A stretch of 64,000 nt of DNA from a virus (Duplodnaviria; Caudoviricetes): IMG/VR virus record IMGVR_UViG_3300013212_000088, positions 64,001 through 128,000 of that record. One strand, given 5' to 3'. Positions 8,664 through 15,414 of the stretch are shown one piece after another (within the stretch, counting starts at the first letter, position 1; each line of letters starts with the position of its first letter). The notes under the pieces were generated by a model. It saw only the letters and a list, made by a program, of their open reading frames with translations. It was not told the origin of the DNA and ran no database searches. The translations under genes were made by a program, and so were the position numbers.

Positions 8664-9605
8664 ATGGCCTTTCCTGGTTCCCTTACTAGATCAGAGATAG
8701 CTTCCGGCTTATTAGTCAGAAGTGTCAAGATAAATGGTAATTACTTATTAGTAGAAAATTGCAGCATTAATCAAGTCCAAGAAATAGATATGAATTCTTT
8801 GTATCTTCAAGGGGGACCAGGAAGCGCTATTGCAAATATTGGTGCTAAAAAATATGAAGGTGATATTTTATTTTTTATACGAGTTGATAGAGATAACGTT
8901 TTAGATCCCGCAGTTCAAGCAATATTAAGACATGCTGAATCTCCAATGTCAGGACTAACATTGGACACTAATCATCTTCTTTCTCACTTTGATATTACAG
9001 CTGAGGATGGTGCAACAGACAATAATGAACTCTTGTCAATAGATCAGTTAGTAATTAAAAGTCTAACTATTTCAGCTAATGAAAATGATTATGTTAAAAT
9101 ATCTGCTTCTTTTCAAGGAATGATTGATACCAGAGCTTCTTCTGATTATGCAGTACCAGATGAAAATCATGTGTTAGGTAGGTCTTTATCCTGGGGTGAC
9201 TGTAATGCAAGCAGATATCAATCTTCCATGCGCACAGTTTCTAATTTTGAACTAACTATAAATAATGAACTGGAATCGCTATCATTTCTTATGGCTGGAG
9301 ATTTAGCTGGAGTAAATAGATCAGATCAAATATCATTAATTAGTGTAAAATCTGTCAAGTGGGCTGGAGAATACTCAGAAATACTTCGTAAAGGCATGGA
9401 ATTAGAAACAGCTATACATGGTGGATGGATGGTTGATGAAAACTTAACCTTTACAATAGGACCAATTACTGCATCTTATAGAATACCTTTATTTCAAAAA
9501 TCAGAGCTACCACTATCTGCAAAAATGTTGATTAGGAAAGTAAAATGGAATGCTATGATTAATCCATCAGCTCCGTTAAAGCAAGGTGGATTATTTACAA
9601 TTTAA
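8664..9605 (+). CDS. Tail-tube-like structural protein (paralogue of 9699-10724)
   Basis: N-terminus aligns by eye with the next gene (SVKING..L.VE......YLQGGP..AIANIG vs SIKVSG..YVAE......YIQGSP..RVLNIG); beta-rich, probably two tandem domains. Confidence 0.45.
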   Translation: MAFPGSLTRSEIASGLLVRSVKINGNYLLVENCSINQVQEIDMNSLYLQGGPGSAIANIGAKKYEGDILFFIRVDRDNVLDPAVQAILRHAESPMSGLTLDTNHLLSHFDITAEDGATDNNELLSIDQLVIKSLTISANENDYVKISASFQGMIDTRASSDYAVPDENHVLGRSLSWGDCNASRYQSSMRTVSNFELTINNELESLSFLMAGDLAGVNRSDQISLISVKSVKWAGEYSEILRKGMELETAIHGGWMVDENLTFTIGPITASYRIPLFQKSELPLSAKMLIRKVKWNAMINPSAPLKQGGLFTI

Positions 9606-9610
9606 GAATA
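9583..9610 (+). promoter_or_regulatory. Phage-specific promoter AAGG-N18-AGAATA
   Basis: AAGG tggattatttacaattta AGAATA, a perfect motif copy upstream of the 341-aa gene. Confidence 0.65.
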
Positions 9611-9639
9611 AAATAACAACATTTCAAATGAATGTATTA

Positions 9640-9667
9640 AAGGGAAAATTTGCATCATAAGAGAAAG
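9640..9667 (+). promoter_or_regulatory. Second, tandem copy of the phage-specific promoter (AAGG-N18-AGAAAG)
   Basis: AAGG gaaaatttgcatcataag AGAAAG, intergenic, 31 nt before the ATG at 9699. Confidence 0.45.
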
Positions 9668-9698
9668 TAAAATTATATTGGTTTAAGGGAGAATTATT

Positions 9699-10724
9699 AT
9701 GCCTCTAAATAATAATCTATTTGGTGTTTACAAGTCAATCAAGGTAAGCGGTCGTACATATGTAGCTGAAAGTGCAAACAGAAACGTGAGCATGGAAGTT
9801 GATGCGAAGAACTATATCCAAGGTTCTCCAAAAGCTCGTGTTCTTAACATTGGTGGAACAAAAGAAAGTATTTCCATTACATCACCAATTCTTGTAGGCG
9901 CTGGATCTGCTGTTGACGGAAGAGAATTGGCCAACACCAAAATTAATGAGATTTTGGACCCAAACTCTGCTACACTTCCAGTCCTTGAAAGTGCCGTTTA
10001 CAAAGTTAGCCCAGACGGTGCTTCTGTATCTATCACATTAAAATCTGATGGTGATCCTGGTGATCCAACTTCAACAGCAACAAGGCCTTTTGAAGTTTCA
10101 GGTAGAGAAATTGAAGAGCTTAAGCCTGGATTTGGTGCTCAACCATCTAGAGTTGCAAGATTCTATGACTTCCGTGTTCAAATTGGTTTCAGAAAGTTCT
10201 TCATTCTTGAAGCTGAAATTACAGTTGCTGCAACTACCACAGAAGCTTACTTCTTAGTACCTTACAACACAATCAACGATGGTAACCCTGCTTATATCCA
10301 AGGCCCATCTGGTTCTGGTACAATTACAGCTGGTTATCAATTCCCATTCCTTGGTATCTCTGGTATTAAGATTACTGGAAAGGGCAAAGCTGCTGTTATC
10401 CTTAGAGATATTCCAGGTACTGCACACTACGGTGACTACTACTTCTTCGATTACTACGGTGGTGAAACCGTTGGAACCGACGAATCTATCAACCTTGGTC
10501 TTTCAAGAGGACAGTCTGACCTTACATTCCAAAGACCTGGTGAATCAGTTGCAGAAGCTCAAAGTTTCCGCCTTGAAATCTTCGATGGCCTTACTGACAA
10601 TGCGTGGGAATCACTTCTTCCAGTTTCAATTGATACCTCCAAGTCTGTTGTTTCTACTTCAAACTTCTCCGTAACAACTGGTCTTCTTACCGTTGACTTC
10701 GACTTCTACTGCTGGGTTCAATAA
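9699..10724 (+). CDS. Probable major (high-copy) tail structural protein, tail-tube-like
   Basis: Codon choice is shifted to TTC/TAC/AAC/ATC/GAC relative to neighbours; tandem promoters upstream and a strong terminator downstream; paralogue of 8664-9605. Confidence 0.55.
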   Translation: MPLNNNLFGVYKSIKVSGRTYVAESANRNVSMEVDAKNYIQGSPKARVLNIGGTKESISITSPILVGAGSAVDGRELANTKINEILDPNSATLPVLESAVYKVSPDGASVSITLKSDGDPGDPTSTATRPFEVSGREIEELKPGFGAQPSRVARFYDFRVQIGFRKFFILEAEITVAATTTEAYFLVPYNTINDGNPAYIQGPSGSGTITAGYQFPFLGISGIKITGKGKAAVILRDIPGTAHYGDYYFFDYYGGETVGTDESINLGLSRGQSDLTFQRPGESVAEAQSFRLEIFDGLTDNAWESLLPVSIDTSKSVVSTSNFSVTTGLLTVDFDFYCWVQ

Positions 10725-10745
10725 TCTAGCTGCAGAAATGCTTAT

Positions 10746-10775
10746 AAAAAAACCTCCCGAAAGGGAGGTTTTTTT
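10746..10775. terminator. Bidirectional rho-independent terminator
   Basis: AAAAAAA-CCTCCC-GAAA-GGGAGG-TTTTTTT between convergent genes. Confidence 0.9.
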
Positions 10776-11286
10776 ATTCTCTAGTCCAATCTACAATAAA
10801 CTCTTCATAATTCCAGTCATCGTAAGGATCTATTTTATCCCAAGTTTCTTTGACGACATAAAAGTTTAGTTTATTAAGTATACTCATAATTAAGCCATCA
10901 ACTATACTACATATTGAATAATATCTTCTGTGTTTTGAATCGATGTAATGTAGGGTGCAATATAAAATATCACCCACTTTCGATTCTAACACTACTTTTT
11001 CAATTGAAGAATTATTATCTTTTAAATGTTTATTGAATATTTGATAAATCGTATGTATATGAGAGTTTTTGTGTAAACTTTTAAAGAAAAATGAGAGCAT
11101 TGACCCTTCATATGCATTAAGAATTATTGCAACATCTTTATCATCACCCTCAAGTAAAGCATACATTTTACTTTCAGGGCTTATTAAAATGTGCTGTAAG
11201 TCAACTCTTAAAAGGCTTAACTCTTCAATATCATTTAAGTTTTTTGCCTTTATAGTTATTTTTTTGTTTGGTAAATCTTCCATCAA
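10774..11286 (-). CDS. Divergent bifunctional nuclease-like protein (DUF151 family)
   Basis: YALLEGDDKDVAIILNAYEG.ML...HTIYQIF......IEKVVLE...ILYCTL...CSIVDGLIMS..NKLNFYV parallels the DUF151 pattern, but the family D-x-R-P-S-D motif reads ICSIVD. Confidence 0.6.
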   Translation of the reverse strand: MMEDLPNKKITIKAKNLNDIEELSLLRVDLQHILISPESKMYALLEGDDKDVAIILNAYEGSMLSFFFKSLHKNSHIHTIYQIFNKHLKDNNSSIEKVVLESKVGDILYCTLHYIDSKHRRYYSICSIVDGLIMSILNKLNFYVVKETWDKIDPYDDWNYEEFIVDWTRE

Positions 11287-11687
11287 TGATTACAGCCTTC
11301 ATTTTTACAAGGCTTGCAGCTACCACAAAGTTTATTGTTTAAATAATGAGATGCAGCTACTAAAAATGAACCAAATACTAACACGACAGTAAATAGATCT
11401 ATTTCAAAACCATGAACTGATGAATGACTATGCTGTAATTTTCCAATAACAATTAACATGATTCCAGAACTTAAATAGGCAAATGTTTTTAATGATTTAT
11501 GCTTCCTATACCCAAAACATAAACTGCTAACACCTAAGATTGCTGAAAATACAAGTAGCCCCCATTCGAATGTTTCACTTACAAAAAGAGACAGACCAAA
11601 TACTGGGACTAATGTTATTACCAAAGGCATAACTAAGCAATGAATAGCGCATGAAACGCTCGAAAACATACCTACTTTATCTATCAT
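11283..11687 (-). CDS. MerC-family metal-binding membrane protein
   Basis: DKVG...S.SCAIHCLVMP in TM1, four hydrophobic helices, GYRKH loop, HSHSSVH loop, ASHYLN, and a Cys/His tail CGSCKPCKNEGCNH. Confidence 0.8.
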   Translation of the reverse strand: MIDKVGMFSSVSCAIHCLVMPLVITLVPVFGLSLFVSETFEWGLLVFSAILGVSSLCFGYRKHKSLKTFAYLSSGIMLIVIGKLQHSHSSVHGFEIDLFTVVLVFGSFLVAASHYLNNKLCGSCKPCKNEGCNH

Positions 11688-12301
11688 TTTAATTGGTAAC
11701 TCTTTCTATGAAAATGCTGAAGACCATGTTCAGCAACAGCTTCTTTATGTTTAGCAGTAATATAGCCTTTATTGCTTATCAAATCATACTCTGGATGTTC
11801 TTCATGCAATTTAGCAAGAACTCTATCATGATGTACTTTAGCAATTATACTAGCTGCAGCTACAGCTAATGAAGTTGAATCTGCTTTAGGTATCATCAAT
11901 TGAGGTTTTAAATTATTCTTGGGACCTTGATCAATTACATATAAATGAGGTAATTCATCTATATATTTGGTTGCTTTAGATGCTGCGCTTACCATTGCAT
12001 TTAAATTAGCTTCTTGTATGCCAATTTTGTCTATATCTTCTGCGGATATTTCAGTCACTCCATAAGAAATACAGCTAGTAATAATTCTATCGTAAAGCTC
12101 TTCTCTTTTCTTCTGGGTAAGTTTTTTAGAATCATTGACCCCTTCTAAAGTTTGTCTTTCATCTAAAACCACACAAGCAGCAACTAAGGGACCAGCTAAA
12201 GATCCACGGCCACATTCATCAATTCCAGCAATATATTTCCCGTATTTGAGCCTAAGTTCATCATCAAATTTTTTTAATTCAATATATGCTTGTGATTTCA
12301 T
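11684..12301 (-). CDS. rnhB: Ribonuclease HII
   Basis: IAGIDECGRGSLAGP, DSKKL, VIDQG, KADSTS..VAAASIIAKV..D, NKGY.T..H, HRKSY. Confidence 0.93.
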   Translation of the reverse strand: MKSQAYIELKKFDDELRLKYGKYIAGIDECGRGSLAGPLVAACVVLDERQTLEGVNDSKKLTQKKREELYDRIITSCISYGVTEISAEDIDKIGIQEANLNAMVSAASKATKYIDELPHLYVIDQGPKNNLKPQLMIPKADSTSLAVAAASIIAKVHHDRVLAKLHEEHPEYDLISNKGYITAKHKEAVAEHGLQHFHRKSYQLK

Positions 12302-14064
12302 TGCATTTCTTTCTTTGCTTTATCATGTATTTTTTTAGTCAAGAAATCAATAAGTTCTTTTCCAGATTCTACAAGGGAACTTAACAATTCAATATTTTCT
12401 GAAAAATAATCAGATTCAATGCTTTCTCTTAAATCATTAAGTTCTTTAATCTCATCACTATTTAATAATTTAGTATCAATCAATTCAAACAATTGGATTT
12501 TTAAAGATGTAAGCCAATCTCTCAACGAAGTTATTAATTTAAATCTTTCATCTTCAATTTTATTTTCTTCAGCGTCAAGTAACATTTTAGTCATTTCTTC
12601 TTCAGATAATGAACCAGATAATACCATGACCTTCTCATTATTGGTAGCTTCATCAATTGCTTTAACAGTTACGATTCCATTTGCATCAACATCAAAAACT
12701 ACTTCAATTTTTGGTGCGCCTCTTCTTACTGGTGGAATATTATCTAGCTTAAATTCACCCAAATAATGATTGTATTTTGTTTGTGGTCTTTCGCCTTGAA
12801 ACACTTTAACATCAACTGAGGTTTGATTATCTTCAGCTGTTGTAAAAACTTCTCTATATTCTGTAGGAACTTGAGTGTTACGTCTAATCATTGCATTCAT
12901 AACACCTCCTAAAGTTTCAATCCCTAAAGAAAGAGGAGTAACATCTAACAAAAATATCATCTTATCTGAATTGCCTGAAAGAACAGAAGCTTGAATTGCA
13001 GCCCCTAATGCTACAGCCTCATCTGGATTGATAGTTTTATTAGGCTTTTTACCAACCCACTCTTGTATTTTTTTAGAAACAAGTGGAATGCGAGTAGAAC
13101 CACCGACAAAAACCACTTCATCAATATCTTTAGCCTTCAAGTTAGCATCGTTAAGTGCTTGTTCAATACAGTCTTTTGTTTTGTTTAAAATTAATGTTAT
13201 TGCGTTTTCAAACTCTTCTCTTGAAACTACTACAGAAAGGTTTACTGGTTGCCTATTTCTGAAAGCAAACATTGGAATATTAACATTAGTGCTTTCTAGT
13301 TGAGATAAAGACTTCTTTGCCTTTTCTGACGCTGTTCTTAGTCTGGATTTTTGTTGATCAGACAAATCTTCTATAAGTTTTTCATTGTAATCATAATCAA
13401 ACTTTAAATTAAACTTATCTAAAATTATCTGACCAAGAATTTTATCAAAATCAGCTCCACCCAAACTAGTGTTGCCTGAAGTAGAAAGTACATGAAAATC
13501 TACTCCGTCAGACAATTTAAGTACTGTTACATCAAAAGTACCACCACCAAGATCATATACTAAAATTGTTGAGTCGTGAGTTTTATCCAGGCCATAAGCT
13601 AGAGAAGCAGCTGTAGGTTCATTAATAATTCGTAAAACATTAAGTCCAGCAAGTTCACCAGCAGCTTTCGTTGCCTTTCTTTCGTCGTTGTTAAAGTAAG
13701 CGGGAACTGTAATTACTGCATCTGTTACTTCCTGTCCTAAATAGTCTTCTGCGTCTCTTTTAAGTTTTTTGAGAATCTCAGCTGATATTTCACATGGAGT
13801 AAATTGTGAGTTATCAAAAACGTAAAGTTTATCGAATCCTGAAGACATTTTACGCTTGACTAGTCTGATTACTCTGTCTGGATTTTCTTCTTCAAAATCA
13901 ACAGCTAAATCACCAACCATGCGTGTAAGATTCTCGTCAATTGCAAAAACCGAGGGTGTGATTCGATTCCCTTCACAATTGGGAATGACTTCAGCTACAC
14001 CATTTTTTACATAAGAAACTACAGAAAATGTACTACCTAAATCTATGCCAATTGAAAGTCCCAT
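12298..14064 (-). CDS. dnaK: Hsp70 chaperone DnaK (short form)
   Basis: IGIDLGST, TVPAYF, INEPTAA, DLGGGTFDV, VGGSTRIP, NPDEAVALGAA, LLDVTPLSLGIET, FQGER. Lacks the ~23-aa subdomain-IB insert and the disordered C-terminal tail. Confidence 0.95.
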   Translation of the reverse strand: MGLSIGIDLGSTFSVVSYVKNGVAEVIPNCEGNRITPSVFAIDENLTRMVGDLAVDFEEENPDRVIRLVKRKMSSGFDKLYVFDNSQFTPCEISAEILKKLKRDAEDYLGQEVTDAVITVPAYFNNDERKATKAAGELAGLNVLRIINEPTAASLAYGLDKTHDSTILVYDLGGGTFDVTVLKLSDGVDFHVLSTSGNTSLGGADFDKILGQIILDKFNLKFDYDYNEKLIEDLSDQQKSRLRTASEKAKKSLSQLESTNVNIPMFAFRNRQPVNLSVVVSREEFENAITLILNKTKDCIEQALNDANLKAKDIDEVVFVGGSTRIPLVSKKIQEWVGKKPNKTINPDEAVALGAAIQASVLSGNSDKMIFLLDVTPLSLGIETLGGVMNAMIRRNTQVPTEYREVFTTAEDNQTSVDVKVFQGERPQTKYNHYLGEFKLDNIPPVRRGAPKIEVVFDVDANGIVTVKAIDEATNNEKVMVLSGSLSEEEMTKMLLDAEENKIEDERFKLITSLRDWLTSLKIQLFELIDTKLLNSDEIKELNDLRESIESDYFSENIELLSSLVESGKELIDFLTKKIHDKAKKEMQ

Positions 14065-14071
14065 ACAATAA

Positions 14072-14077
14072 ATTATA
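14072..14077 (-). promoter_or_regulatory. -10 box placing the dnaK ATG at about +1 (leaderless)
   Basis: The minus strand reads tgTATAATttattgtATG; no SD upstream of dnaK. Confidence 0.45.
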
Positions 14078-14079
14078 CA

Positions 14080-14436
14080 TTATTCGGGATTTTCATCAGG
14101 TAGCACAGTTCCTCCAGGCTTATAACCCTCCATTAATGAATGCAATACATCAGACTCTTCAAGTCTTTTTTGCATATTTTTAATTTCGTTTTTAGTTATA
14201 GGCTTTTCAGAGTTGATCATTGAAGGGTCTCTGTGTAAGGAACTTTTGTACTCATGAGCCATAGAAATTAATTGGACAACAGCAAAAGTGTCCTTACATT
14301 TTACACAACGCATGACAGCATATATCTCCACTTCTGATTTAGGAAGCCAACCTAAATGTGACTCCCTAAAGAATGGATGTTTGCAAGTTCTATTAAGACA
14401 ATTTTTTGGCTTTCCAACAATGGTTTGGTGATGCAT
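14080..14436 (-). CDS. Hypothetical Zn-finger protein
   Basis: CLNRTC ... RCVKC cysteine pairs; AGGCAGGT SD-like site. Confidence 0.7.
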   Translation of the reverse strand: MHHQTIVGKPKNCLNRTCKHPFFRESHLGWLPKSEVEIYAVMRCVKCKDTFAVVQLISMAHEYKSSLHRDPSMINSEKPITKNEIKNMQKRLEESDVLHSLMEGYKPGGTVLPDENPE

Positions 14437-14470
14437 AGTATACCTGCCTATAAGATGCTGATTCTTTTAA

Positions 14471-14498
14471 TATTCTATTTCAATAAGAGTAATTCCTA
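14471..14498 (-). promoter_or_regulatory. Phage-specific promoter TAGG-N18-AGAATA
   Basis: Minus strand TAGG aattactcttattgaaat AGAATA, 34 nt upstream of the ATG at 14436. Confidence 0.65.
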
Positions 14499-14527
14499 AG
14501 GTTAAAAAGTATTACTTATGGTATATT
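14498..14527 (+). promoter_or_regulatory. Divergent promoter for the sORF and 243-aa gene
   Basis: AAGG-N18-GGTATA, which can also be read as an extended -10 TGgTATATT; shares the palindrome CCTAAGG with the minus-strand promoter. Confidence 0.45.
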
Positions 14528-14530
14528 ATA

Positions 14531-14545
14531 AACAGTAGTACTGTT
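14531..14545. repeat. Operator-like inverted repeat at the predicted start site
   Basis: AACAGTA-G-TACTGTT (7-1-7 perfect). Confidence 0.5.
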
Positions 14546-14608
14546 CATTGTCGAGCATTATTCTTCCAAAGATGGTTTGTTTGAAATCTATTTAAGGAGG
14601 TATTGGCA

Positions 14609-14680
14609 ATGAATATACTTAGAGACATCGAGCAACTCTTTACAACTGTATTTGAGACTCTTTTCAAATTCGAGTTATAA
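14609..14680 (+). CDS. Unannotated 23-aa peptide MNILRDIEQLFTTVFETLFKFEL
   Basis: Perfect SD AAGGAGGT 7 nt upstream of the ATG; stop 2 nt before the ATG of the next gene; absent from the ORF track because of its length. Confidence 0.6.
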   Translation: MNILRDIEQLFTTVFETLFKFEL

Positions 14681-14682
14681 TT

Positions 14683-15414
14683 ATGAAAAACGCTATTGTA
14701 TACTCTTGTTTTTTAACAGGCAAATGGTATTCATTAGTATCTAATCAGCTAACTAAAATCTTCTCCTCCAAAACAGTGTTGAATGGAGGAGATCTTTTTA
14801 TTTGTGCTTCTGGTACTGAAGAAGAATACAAAAAACTACTTGAAATTATTGGTGAAAATAAAGCTGTTGTTTCTTATCATCCAGACACTAAATATGGGTG
14901 CGAGGCATATGGTTTTAAGAAGATGCATGAAATAAGCAAAGAAGGTTATGACTACATTTGCTTTATGCACAGCAAGGGTGTTTCCAGATTAAAAGATCCA
15001 ATGCCAGTAATTATAACTATAAATACTTGGCGAGCTTGTATGGAATATTTTGTTTTAGATAGAGCGGATGATTGTATTTCAGCATTACAAAACTTAAACA
15101 AAAACTGCGCCGGTGTGATGTTAGATGTTTTGAATTGGTTTAACGAAGATATAAGTTTTGAAAAATCTGTCTCGCATTATCTCTGGGCAATATTTCCAGG
15201 TAATTTCTTCTGGGTTAAATGTTCGTGGTTTTCTGAACAAAAAGAGCCTACATTTGAAGAAGACAGATATGAATATGAAAGATTTTTAGGAACATGTAAT
15301 GAAATAAACCCCTACTATATCTGGATTAAAAAATACTCAGAAGTAGGGGCTCATATGTCTTATTTTGAACCAATATATGAACAAGAATACAAAGATGAAG
15401 TAAAGCTTATTTAA
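14683..15414 (+). CDS. Putative glycan-modifying (glycosyltransferase/RgpF-like) protein
   Basis: YICFMHSKG, WRACMEYFV, GNFFW and DRYEYERFLG resemble a viral family related to rhamnan-synthesis proteins (from recall only). Confidence 0.45.
   Translation: MKNAIVYSCFLTGKWYSLVSNQLTKIFSSKTVLNGGDLFICASGTEEEYKKLLEIIGENKAVVSYHPDTKYGCEAYGFKKMHEISKEGYDYICFMHSKGVSRLKDPMPVIITINTWRACMEYFVLDRADDCISALQNLNKNCAGVMLDVLNWFNEDISFEKSVSHYLWAIFPGNFFWVKCSWFSEQKEPTFEEDRYEYERFLGTCNEINPYYIWIKKYSEVGAHMSYFEPIYEQEYKDEVKLI

Noticed and set aside
11283-11687. Mercury-resistance operon
   Set aside because: No merA, merR, merT or merP in the window; MerC alone imports metal and would not detoxify it.
14534-14546. LexA (SOS) box AGTAG-TAC-TGTTC
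   Set aside because: It matches the cyanobacterial-type consensus only with a mismatch, does not match GAAC-N4-GTTC or CTGT-N8-ACAG, and is a single instance. Kept only as an unassigned palindrome.
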